64,000 nt of DNA from Phyllosticta citribraziliensis. Taxonomy: Eukaryota. Below are positions 26,561 to 39,439 of this stretch, in pieces. Within the stretch, counting starts at the first letter, position 1, and each line of letters starts with the position of its first letter. Below the pieces are notes generated by a model. The model searched no databases. It was not told where the DNA came from and worked only from the letters and a program-made list of their open reading frames with translations. Where the stretch lies: NCBI RefSeq assembly GCF_038025025.1, contig NW_027117345.1, positions 558,001 to 622,000 of the forward strand. Reading direction: 5' to 3'. The translations under genes and the position numbers were made by a program.

Positions 26561-26566
26561 TATAAG
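26561..26566 (+). promoter_or_regulatory. TATA-like box of glucoamylase
   Basis: TATAAG 70 nt upstream of ATG 26631. Confidence 0.4.
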
Positions 26567-26630
26567 TCGAGGATTGGCCCGAGTAACATGAGCACAAGCT
26601 GTTCAGTGGTAGCCAAGTGCAATCTGAAAT

Positions 26631-28724
<2,094 letters not shown>

Positions 28725-29130
28725 GAGTAGGAGTGGCGCAGATGATTTACCTAGCTATGATGAATACATGGTTAGTTTGCTGTGTCGATCAAGGAAGGCT
28801 ATACAGAGCAGACGCGATATGATATGGTGGCGCAGTGCGTCGTGGCACGGCCAGTTGGGTAGGCTTGCGCCGCCGAAACAAGAAACAGGCCATGACATCA
28901 TGCGCCGTTGTCCTTGGATTAGCTCGGACAGAGTTGATGCCAAAGTGTTTTCTGGAAGACGATGAAGAAAAAGAAGAGCGACCAGCGAGGTCATGGCCTG
29001 TAGGACGTGGTGTAGGTGATGAAGGTTCTGGCATCAGGGATGCGGCGGGCTGGACGCTCCCGTCCCGTCTTGTCACTGCCACAGCTGACAGGGAGCAGTG
29101 GCACTGGCACTGGCACATGCACCGCCCGCC

Positions 29131-29166
29131 TTGTTTTCTCTCTGTCCGTTGTTTTCTCTCTGTCCG
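29131..29166 (+). repeat. Perfect 18-bp tandem duplication (TTGTTTTCTCTCTGTCCG)x2
   Basis: Read directly; lies ~390 nt upstream of the small CAAX ORF. Confidence 0.85.
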
Positions 29167-29554
29167 CTTCCATCGAATCACTCTACCCTACTGTACATAT
29201 AATATCCGCCGCTACCACTAACTACTTTGCCTTCTCCCCATTCCGCCTTTTTACTCTCTCTGCCGTACTGCTACCACTTTCTGCCCACCTGCCCAAGCGC
29301 TTGTTCCTACCCGAACGCTTCACCCTCGCGTCGTACTCCCCGGCCTGCTCGACTCTCCACCGACCCTACCTCTTCGCGCCCCTTTCTTGTTCTCCGCCCA
29401 AACAAGCAAGCAAGTGTCGTAATCACTACTCGGCTCAGCTCTGTATCACACGACATCAGCCACCGCGCTCCACCCACCACCTACATATATACTCCAACTT
29501 CGACGTCTGGAACTCCCAACTCAAAGTCCGACCGAACGCGACAAAGGCGCAAAC

Positions 29555-29701
29555 ATGCCCGGCTCCACCTCGTCTTCCTCTTCCAGTAGCGCGTCGTCCA
29601 TCGCCAAGCCCATCGCCAAACCAATCAAGACGGGCTGCCTCAGCTGCCCCTGCGGCGACGGCGAGTGCACCTGCTGTTTCCTGCCCTGCACCGTCATGTA
29701 A
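29555..29701 (+). CDS. 48-aa Cys-rich microprotein ending in a CAAX box: MPGSTSSSSSSSASSIAKPIAKPIKTGCLSCPCGDGECTCCFLPCTVM
   Basis: Start context CAAACATG, TATATA at 29486-29491, mostly C/G-ending codons, 7 Cys in the last 21 residues, terminal CTVM*. Below the 60-aa cut-off of the ORF track. Confidence 0.65.
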   Translation: MPGSTSSSSSSSASSIAKPIAKPIKTGCLSCPCGDGECTCCFLPCTVM

Positions 29702-30604
29702 TCGACGAAGGACGGACACTTGAGACTTGTGTGGGAGCGATGAGGATGGAAGAGCGAAGGAGAGAGCGTGTGGAGAGAGGCGATATACCCCCAACGACGG
29801 ACGGACGGACACGGCTGAATGGATTGGATACGGTGTAGGACTGATTGGATTCAACACGCTCGCGGTGACCATCATGGCACGAGTGGTCGTCAAGGCACCA
29901 ACCTATACTGTGGACAACGACATGGACGATGATGACGAGTTTCGGGAGCGTTAGATGGAGCACAGCACGACTTGCATCTTTCCTTACCACGAATTCCACT
30001 TCTTTTACCACCTTCTTCAACGCCTGGTCCACCGTGCGTGTGTCAATTAGTTGTGTCTACCATGGCGGCGCGGGGAGTTGAAAAGAGCATGGAATCCTGG
30101 GACGCACGTGGACATCTTTCTCCCCCGTCCCTCCAGATGCCACCATGGCCTCGCCACTACCAGTCTTTCCCAGGCATCGGCCCGCGCAAAAGCTTGTGGA
30201 TAACTTAGCTAGGGAGCGAGTTGACTAGCGGGCTGAGGGTTCACGCTCCAAGACCTCATCTCAGCTCGGCCAATCCACCAAGTCCACCCAGCGCGACCAA
30301 CAACACATACCTGCATAGCGGCCTTGTTCCAGAGAGTTTGACACAGTCCAGAAGTTCAGAACTGACCTTACCGATGCTAGGTAATTGTAGGTGTTTTTAC
30401 GGTACCCGACGCGAGCGAGTCATTAATCACCGAAATCCGGGGGAGACTCGATGGTTGGCTTACAAGAAGGCGCCAACGTAGCTATAGCTGCTGCTGTATA
30501 TGTTTACGACTTGAGCAACAGGAAAAGCAAGAGAAAGAAAAACCGTTGCGGTAAAAGAGCAGCAGCATCACCCCCACCCCTACCAAAAGATCTACAGGGA
30601 AATC

Positions 30605-31572
30605 ATGGCAGCAATACTCGAGGGCGTGGCATTCATCACCGGCGCAGGCTCAGGTCAGCAGACAGACACACAACCTCCAGAGCAACAGCTCTTGGTGCTT
30701 CCGCGACGATAATCGACTCACTGACTGACGCATCGCACGCCAGGCCTCGGCCAAACGATCGCCTACTCGCTCGTCAAACACGGCGTCAAGCAGTTCGCCC
30801 TGGTAGACAGCGACGAAGCCGGCCTGCAGTCTACAGCCAGCACACTAGAACAACAGCACAGCATACCCTCCACCGCGATCCTCACGCTCCCGCAGCCCGC
30901 CACGCCGACCGAAGAAAGCATCGAAGCAGCCGTGCAGCGCGCCGCCGCGCACTTCGGCCGCATCGACTTCGCCATCAACGAGACGGGCTTCGGCGGGCCG
31001 CTCGGCGGCAGCCCGGACACGGCGGCCGCCGACTTCACCGCGTACCTGGCGAGCAGCGTGGGCGGCGTGTGGCTGTGGCAGCGCGCGCAGATCCGGCAGA
31101 TGCTGACGCAGTCGCCGCGCGACGCGCGCTACGGCCGCGGCGCCATCGTCAACATGAACTCGATCCACGCCCACGTCGCGTCGCCGCCCTACATTGCCGC
31201 CGGCGCGTACGTGGCGGGGCGGCACGCGCTGCTGGGCCTGACGCGCACCGAGGGCGCGCTGTACGCGGCGCGCGGCGTCCGCATCAACGCCGTGTGCTCG
31301 GGCTACTACGACTCGCCGCTCATCCACTCGAGCCCGCAGATGGAGGCCGTCGTGCAGAAGATTGTCGACGACAACGTGCCCGCGGCTAGGCTGGCCGACC
31401 CCGAGGAGGTGGCGGATGCGGCCGTGTTTTTGGCGAGTCCGCTCGCTAGCTATGTTTTTGGACAGGGCATTGTTGTTGATGGGTGAGTTTGTTGGCAGCC
31501 CCGTCGAGCTTTTGCTGCTGTCTTGATTACGGATACTGATTTGATGTGCGTAGTGGGTATACATCCAAGTAG
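30605..31572 (+). CDS. Atypical short-chain dehydrogenase/reductase, 268 aa; exons 30605-30653, 30744-31482, 31554-31572
   Basis: AFITGAGSGLG, GRIDFAIN, GAIVNMNS, GVRINAVCSG, PEEVADAAVFLAS and VVDGGY after splicing two canonical introns. Confidence 0.88.
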
Positions 31573-32517
31573 GCAGACCTCGGACGATTGGCAGCGTGCC
31601 ATTCACGGACCTGCTTTTAACGAGAACGAAGAAAGCGTAAGAACTCAGGGGCGTTCATGACATTGAGAGATTTTAGGGGAACATGACAGTCATGTTCAGA
31701 CAAGGCCACAGTCGACATCAAAAGCATTCAAACCTCCTTAAATCACTGCTACATCTATGGAGCGTTGTCCCTTTGCTGCCGCGCATGGAGCTACCGATCC
31801 CTCAACACAACTCCTTTTTCCTATCCCGTCATCCATGGATGACTATGATCACTGCCAAATACACCCAACATGCACGTTTCGCCTCTTCTCTATATAAGCA
31901 AGCAAGCAGGCAAGTCAAACAAAGCCAAACAAAAAGAACAGCGTAAAGCACAGCGAAGACAAAATGGTAAAAAAAAGCGTGTACTCGCAGCACAAAGGAG
32001 AGCAGATTGGGAGCAGGATGCTTAGAATGCAGACGCCGCAAGACAATTTATGTGTGCAACGTGCAAGAGAGCAAAGAGTAACAACAGTGCAAACAACAAG
32101 AGCAATACATCTAATATTCACAATTACAGCAAGCGGCGAAAGACCAGACCAGCAAAAAAAATGGCAGGCACCACCGCTCGCCCCAGTCATTCCTTCCTTC
32201 TCGCTTGATCTAGCGCCAACCTTGACGCAAGACGAGTCTGTCTGGGTGATCGCTCACCCACCCCGTGAGGAAAAGAAGGGGAGAATTAATCAGTTACTGT
32301 GCTTGGTTTTCGTGTTCGTTTGTCATCTTTCTTTCCCCTCTCCACGCTTTTTCCTTCTTCCATCTATCCATCCGTCCGTCCGTCCGTACGTTCTTCCGTT
32401 GCGTTTCGTTTCTTTCATTAAAAAAGCCGTCGTTGCCATCGTCATCTCCTCATCGCATGCACGCCACTCCACCCCGTCATAGGCACCTTAGCCATTCCTC
32501 TCAACTTCTCCTCCCCC

Positions 32518-35500
32518 TCAAAGTCCCCCCGTAAACGAGTCGTGCTTGACCTGCTCCGCCGTCTTGGCCGGTGCCGGCGAGACGGCAGCAGGCTCAGGGA
32601 TGGCGTTTGTCGAGACGACCGAACCCCTCTTGAAGCCCTGGTTGCGGATAAAGGACCCCACGTCCTGGTTGTGGCCGATGAGCTCGTCATTGAGCTGCTC
32701 GAGCTGCCGGACCTGTTCACGAATGCCCGCGATCTATTGTGCTCGGCACAAGGCCGGATGTTAGCCCCATGGCCGCCACGTAGAAGTCTTCGCAACACTT
32801 GCACGCAAAAGCAGTGGGGTCGGGGGAGGGCGGCGTCAACGTCATGGCCGACGACAAGGACGACATTTTGTTGTGCTTGTGGTGCGACATTTTGGGCGAC
32901 GACTTGGGCGAGGGCAGGGAGCTGGGATCAAAGCAAGTGCTCGCTGAAGACAAAGGAGAGCTGACCATGTATGCAGACGACCTGCGGGTCTCACTCGAAC
33001 GCACCTGTCCGGCGGAGTTCTTTTCGGCACCTCCCAAAATGCCCTCGAACGTCTCGCTGCTCGGGCGAGAGTATTGGGGCGGCGCGCCGCCATTCTGGCG
33101 ATACGACGCGAGCTCCGACTCGAGCTCGATGATGTGCTGCTTGTACGTCTCGCACTCCTTGATGAGCTCGGCGACGCGAGGGCTCTCGCGCGAGCCTGCG
33201 ATTTCGACCTGTAGGCGGTCAATCTCGGCGTTGAGGCGACCAATCTCGGCCTCCGCCTTCTTGACCTGGCCAAACTGTTCGTTGACCTCGGCCTTTGCGC
33301 TGTCCAGCAGCTCCGAGAGCTTGTCTATGGTGGCCTGCGAGGCGCTCTGGGCTTCGCTCTTGAGGTGTTGCTCGCGAATGGCTTGCGACTCGGCAATCTT
33401 GGCCCTTTCTTCTTTCAGGGCCTCGTCGAGAGCCTGCTGGTAGAGCCTATCAGTCTCGTTGTGCTGCTTTTTGATGCGCGCAATTTCAGTCTCGAGAGAG
33501 GAGACAACCTCGTTGTGCTCATGCGCCAGACGCGCCTTGAGTGCGTCCCTCTCCTGCTCGTGGATCTGGCTCAGCGTCTGCTCCGACGAGTTGCGCTCCT
33601 TTGCGTGTTCGTTCCAGAGCTTCTCGAGGAGGTGGTTGTGCTCTTCTTGACTGTGATGGTCATTAGCCTCAGATCCAGAGACAAGTCATCGGGAGCTCCA
33701 CGTACCTCTGCTCCATCTGGTGGCGGAGCTCTTGAAGCTGAGACTCCAAGTGACGAAGCGCGTCTTGCTTCGCGGACTTTTGGTGCTCGAGATCCTCGTT
33801 CCTATCGGTCAGATCCTGGTTGAGCGCCTTGAGCTTGACAATCTCGTCCTCGAGCTTGACGCGAGTGCTGTGCAGCTCGGTCTCGAGCTCTTGCCTCATC
33901 TTGACCAGACCGGACGCGTGGTGGCCGTCGCGTTCTTCGTGGGCTTGGTCCAGAACACGGAGGGTCTGCATGAGGCCTTCGACTTGACGACTCTTCTCCT
34001 CGAGCTCCCTAGTCGTCTCTTCGAGCTTGCGGTGAGTATCCTGGAACTCGTGCAGCTGAGGCATGGCATCGGCAATTGATTGGCGGCGAGCGTTGAGCTC
34101 CTGGTTCATCCGCGACATTTCGGCATCCTTTTCGGCGAGCTTGTCGGCAGCGCGATACTCAGCATCCGAAATCTTGTCCTGGAGACCCTTGATGACCTTG
34201 GCGTGGTCCTTCTCGGTCTGCTTGGCCTTGTTGCTCTCGACGGCGAGCTGACCTTCGAGAAGATCCTTTTCTTGGTGAAGCTTGTCAATCTCCTCGTGAA
34301 GCTGGTCAATCTCATCCTGAAGCTGAGGGATGAGGTTTCCGTCCTCCTCATTGGCCTGACGGGCAGTGTCGAGCTGCTTCTCGAGCACCTCCTTCTCCTC
34401 GATCAGAGCAGTCACGCGAGACTCGAGTCTTGAGATGCGGTCTTCAAACTCCTGGCGCACTTCCCAGGCGTCGGGACCTTTCTGAGCCTCATCAAGGTTG
34501 GTGTGGAGGCTTTCAACGTTCTGTTTGAGAGTCTCAATCTCCTGCTCGCGCTCAAGCGTGAGCTGTGCGCTGCCCTCGAGCTGCTCGTTGTACACGCGGC
34601 AGATTTCTTGGATTTCCTCCTCGAATTGGGCTTGGATATCCTTGCTTGCCTTTTGGTTGAAGTCGATGGCGGCCGCTGCGTTGCTAATTTCCAGCTTTTT
34701 GCTCTCGAGCTCCCGAGTGATGCCCTCGATACGCTCCACGAGCTCACCAATCTGAGCCGTCTTGGATTGAAGCTCGGATTCCATGTTGTTGATTTCATCA
34801 GCACGGTTTTGCTCAAGTTCCTTAATGCGGTCCTGGAGGCCCGACACCACTTCGTTGCTTGAGATTTCGCCTTCGAGCTCAGTCGACATCTTGTCGCGCA
34901 AGTCCTGGTTCTTCTGGAACTCGACCTTGTGCTTGGCAAGGAGTGCATCGTAGTCATCCCGATGTTGTTGAAGCTCAGCGGCGTATTGCTTAGCGTCTTC
35001 CTCGGCTTTGCTCACGATTGCAGCCTTGTCCTGTTCAACCGTGGCAAGTTGCTGCCGAAGCACTTCAACCTCGGCGCCGAGGCCGCGGTCGTCGTCGGCC
35101 GTCTGCTGCTGGAGAGAGACAATCTTGTCTTGAAGAGCAGCAATGGTCGCTTCCATCGACGACTTTTCGAGTTCCATTTCCTCGACGCGCTGCTCAAGTC
35201 TAGACGTTTCCTCGACTCCACGAGTACCATCAGTAGCATCTTGCTGCAAAGTCATAATCTTCTCCTGGAGAGAGGAAATGGTCGAGTCTGTGGCAGACTT
35301 TTCCTCGGCCAATTGAGCCAGCTGGATCTTGAGGTGCTCTGTCTCTTCATGAGCACTGCGGGCATTGTCGGCCTTTTCTTGCTCGAGGGAAACAATCTTG
35401 TCTTGCAGGGTCTGGATGGCAGTCTGGAGAGTGGCCTTTTCAGTGTCGAATTGGAGGCTGTGTCTCTTCAGGCTCGCAGTCCCGTCTTCGACAGCAGCGG

Positions 35501-38500
35501 CCTTGTCGGCGGCGTCTCTCTCGAGGGTCTCGCATTTTTCTTGCAGATGAAGAACAACAGCGTTGAGGGCTTCCTTTTCAGAATCCAGTTCCAACTTCTT
35601 CTGCTCAAAGGCTTCAATCTGAGCCTTGAAGTCTTCCTGGTGCTGAATGAGCTTCTCGGCCATTTCCTTCTCCATGCTCGCAATCTTGTCTTGGTGGGTA
35701 GCGAGGTCAGCGGCGGCAGAAGTCCTTTCTTGCTCCAGCTCATCCACACGCTGCTTGAGGAGACCTTCGGATTCAGAAGAGTGCGTCTTGGACTGCTCCT
35801 GAAGAGCAGCGTACCTCTCGGCAAAGGCGGCACGCTCTTCGTCAGCGCGGCGGGCGTTCTCGGCGGACTCTTCTTCCCACAGCTTGAGCTTCTCGGCAAA
35901 GCTGCTATTGTCTGCCTTGACGCGCTCCAAGTCGTCCATGGCCTTTTGCTTGATATCCTCGAGGTTGGTGGACAATTCGGCAGACTTGGCCTGCGACTCT
36001 GCAAAGTCCTTTTGAAGAACCTCAATGTCGGCAGCCTTTTGGGCCAGGTCTTGCTGAGACGACTTGATGGCATCTTCAAAGGCCGAGGCTTCAGCCGTCA
36101 ACCTAGTGTTGTCCTCCTGGGTCTTGTTCAAGGTTTCGACGATCTCCTGGAGCTTGTCGGCAGCTTCCTTCTCGATGGTGGCAATCTTGTTCTCGAGAGC
36201 GATTCTAGAAGACTTCTCAACCTCGAGCGCTTCCTCGAGCGTCTTGGCGTTGGCTTCCGCAGCAGAAACCTTTTCAGCAGCTTCGCTTTCAATCTTGGCA
36301 ATGAGCTCGTCGACTTCGGATTGAGACTTGAGAGATCCGCTCTGCTCCTTGTGCTTCTGCAGCTCCTCTTCGAGGTGACGGATCTTTTCAACGCTCTCGC
36401 TCTGTATCGATGCGAGGAGCAGGTCAACCTCGGATTGAGTCTTCAGCGAAGTGCGCTCTTCTTGGCTCTTCGACAGGTTCTCCTCGACCAAGCGAATCTT
36501 TTCCGCGTTCTCGCCATGAATGCTGGCGAGGAGCTCGTCAACCTCCTCTTGACTCTTGAGGTTACCCTGGTCTTCCTCCAAACGAAGAATGTCGGCCTCG
36601 AGCGCCTTGACCCTTTCATTTGCCTCGTAAGTAGCCGTGGCAACCATCTGGTCGACCTCAGACACCGTCTTAAGGCGCCTGCGCTCGTCCTGAAGGCTCT
36701 GCAGGTTCTCCTCGAGAATTCGTAGTTTTTCAGCATGCTCCAGGTGAATGTTAGCCAGCAGCTCTTCGACCTCGGCCTCCGACCTGGTGCTGCCACGCTC
36801 CTCCTGGTATTTGAGCAGATCCTTCTCGAGAAGACGGAGTCTTTCAGCAGTCTCAGCAGTGGCAGTCGCAACCATTTGATCGACTTCAGAAACAGTCTTG
36901 AGGCGTCTGCGCTCGTCTGAGAGGCTGTGGCAAAGATCTTGAAGTTCGGCGAGCTTTTCGGCGTGCTCAGTCTGGACCTGCGCGAGAATCTCTTCGATCT
37001 CGGCTTCGGTCTTCAGGGTAGCACGTTCCTCCTCCACTCTCTTGAGTTCCTCCTCAAGCAGCTGGATTCTCTTAGCGCTTTCTTCCTCGACCTTCTGAAC
37101 CAACTCGTCGATTTCAGCCTGGGACTTGGAGCCACGCTGCTCGTCGTTGGTTGCCTTGAAGGTCTGCTCCAGCTCGAGAATCTTTTGTTGGTGCTCCTGC
37201 TGAGCCGAAGCAAGCTTCTCCTCAATGTCGGTGATAGCAGCGGCCGCCACGTCGCGTTCCTCGCTGAGCTTAGCATCGTGCTTCTCCGCGAGTTCGTCCG
37301 CGAGGCGCTTCTGCTCAGAGAGATCGGCTTGCACTTCGGAGAGCTGCTTCTCGAGAATCTCAATGGTGCCGGCCAAAGCCTCACGTTCTTCCAGCAGCTG
37401 CTTCTTGTACTTTTCGACCTCTGCTTTGAGAGCGGCAACCTCCTCATCGGAGCCGGTGTGCGAAGTTGCGAGTTGTGCCTCGAGCTCGACAATCTTGGCA
37501 GATAGGGCAGTCTTCTCTTGCTCAAGAGGAGTCAAGGCGTCCGCAAGCCTAGCAGTCTCTTCGTCGTGCTTGGCCTGAAGTTCGGCAAACTTCTCCTCGA
37601 GAGTGCTGTGCCTTTGCCTTTCCTCCTCGAGCTGAGTTGTGAGGGATTGGACTTCGTCGGTGGTGCTCGTCTGGGCACTGGAAAGATCATTCTCGAGTTG
37701 CTGGATTTGCTCCGAAGCCTGCTTCTTGTACGCCTCCAGGTCGTCCGCGTGACGCTTGATTTCGGCCTCTGTGGCTTCCCTGGTAGCGAAAAGCTCTGCT
37801 TCGAGCTGGGAAATCTTCTCCGAAGAGGCCTGGAACTCGACCTCAAAGGCCTTGGATGCGGCCAGCTCAGACTCGAGCTTGGCAATCGATTCCGTGGCAA
37901 TCTGCTTCTCGTCCTCCAGCACCCGAAGACGATCGGCTTGCGTGTCGTTTCCACCGCTGGCAGCACTCAAGTCGGCCTTGAGGCCCTCGAGTTCCTGCTC
38001 AAGGCTCGAGACTCTCGCGTCGGACGAAGTCTTTTGTGCAACGAGGTCCTCATGCAGCTTTTGGGCAGTCTCGAGTTCTTGTTGCAGTTGCGAAATGCTT
38101 TCTTCAGAAGAGGCTTTCAAGGCATCAAGCTCTGCTTGGAGCTCCCGAGCCTTCCCGTCGGCCAAGCGTTGCTCTTCCTCGAGAACCTTCTCCCGGTCAT
38201 CCATCTCGACTGAGACACGGTCGAGCTCATGTTGCAAGGCTTCGAGAGTGGAGTTGAGCTCCTCCTTCTCCTGAGAGACCTTGGATGCCTCGTCCTTGGA
38301 TTGCTCTAGACGGTACTTGACATCCTCAAGCTCGACGGCCTTGATCCTGAGCTCCTCGTTCCGACGGCGAATGTCCTCGGTCTCCGAGTCAAGGGTGGAG
38401 TTGGCAGACTCCATGGCGGAGGTGTGCTCCTGGCGTTGCCGTTCCAGGTGCTCGGCAGCTTCGGCAGCCTTGAGATCGGCAACCTCCTTGTCCGCCTGAA

Positions 38501-39439
38501 GCTCCTCCATGTTCGATTGAAGCTCCTGAATCCTCGTCTCGAGGGCTTTTCGTTGCTCAAACTCAGCCGTCAAGTCATTCATAATGTCACGAGCTGCCCG
38601 GGCGGCGCGAGGCGACCTAAACACCTCGCTGTCGATCCCTGGGACCGCCTCCGGAGAAAGGGGGTTCTCCGTAGGTACAGGTGCCTCGGCGTCGGCGTCA
38701 TCCTTTGCTTCGGAACGGAGGGAGATGGGGCTGTAGGATAAGGTTAGTTGTGTGCAAGATGGTGGAATCGGAAAGCCAACCTTTCAAGTTCGCGCGGTGC
38801 TCCAGCAGCGGCGGAGGCCTTTTTCGTGTCGACACCGGGACGAGAGGATGCCGATGTCATGGACATGCGTGTGCTGGGGCGAGCAGGAGCGGTTGTTTTG
38901 GCACCGCTGGTTGTAGTTGTCCGCCTACTGTCTGTAGTCGATGTGCGTGAGACCGTCGAGGGTCTCTTGGTGGCGGACGAGGTGGTTGATGGAGGATGAC
39001 GAGAAGTGGATGGGGTAGCAGTTGATGTCCGTGCCGACGAAGAGGCCGTGCCAGCGGTAGGCAGCCTCTTGGAAGCCGCACTGGCAACCGACTTCTTGTC
39101 ATCGGCGGCGTCTGCATCTTTCGATGTGGTTGTTGCCCTGCGGGCAGTGGTTGTGGTCGAGGCCGCGGGGCGCGTCGGAGGCTTGCTAAGACTGCCGGCG
39201 GTCGACGTACGCGTTGCCGAGGACGAAGTGGGTTTCGTGGCAGTAGAGGTACGCGTAGATGTAGCGGGTGTTCGCGAGGACACGACGGTAGAGGTTGGCC
39301 TGCGAGGCGGGGCAGAAGCTCCGGTCTTTGCAGCTGGGCTTGCAGTGGCCGTGGAGGAAGCTCTCTTGTGGGCAGCGGCCGTGGTCTTGGAGGCGACCGA
39401 GTCCCCGGCGGTCGTCTCAGGAGCTTCTCTGTCGGCCAT
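32518..39439 (-). CDS. Large coiled-coil protein (~2,180 aa) with a basic S/T/R-rich N-terminus; exons 39439-38781, 38730-33706, 33650-33005 (or -32966), 32733-32518
   Basis: A 1651-codon E/K/L/Q-rich heptad ORF is joined in frame by GT..AG introns 38780-38731 and 33705-33651. The last exon IAGIREQVRQLEQLNDEL.. follows CTAAC..TAG. The last donor is ambiguous. Confidence 0.8.
36216..37127 (-). repeat. Coding tandem repeat, 8 x 38 aa (114 nt)
   Basis: Units begin KSQAEIDEL, KTEAEIEEI, KTVSEVDQM, RSEAEVEEL, KTVSEVDQM, KSQEEVDEL, KTQSEVDLL, KSQSEVDEL at exactly 38-aa spacing. Confidence 0.85.

Noticed and set aside
28874..28887. Tandem GAAACA (Ste12 PRE-like) upstream of the CAAX microprotein
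   Set aside because: Both copies mismatch TGAAACA and lie in the probable glucoamylase 3'UTR; too weak to count as support.
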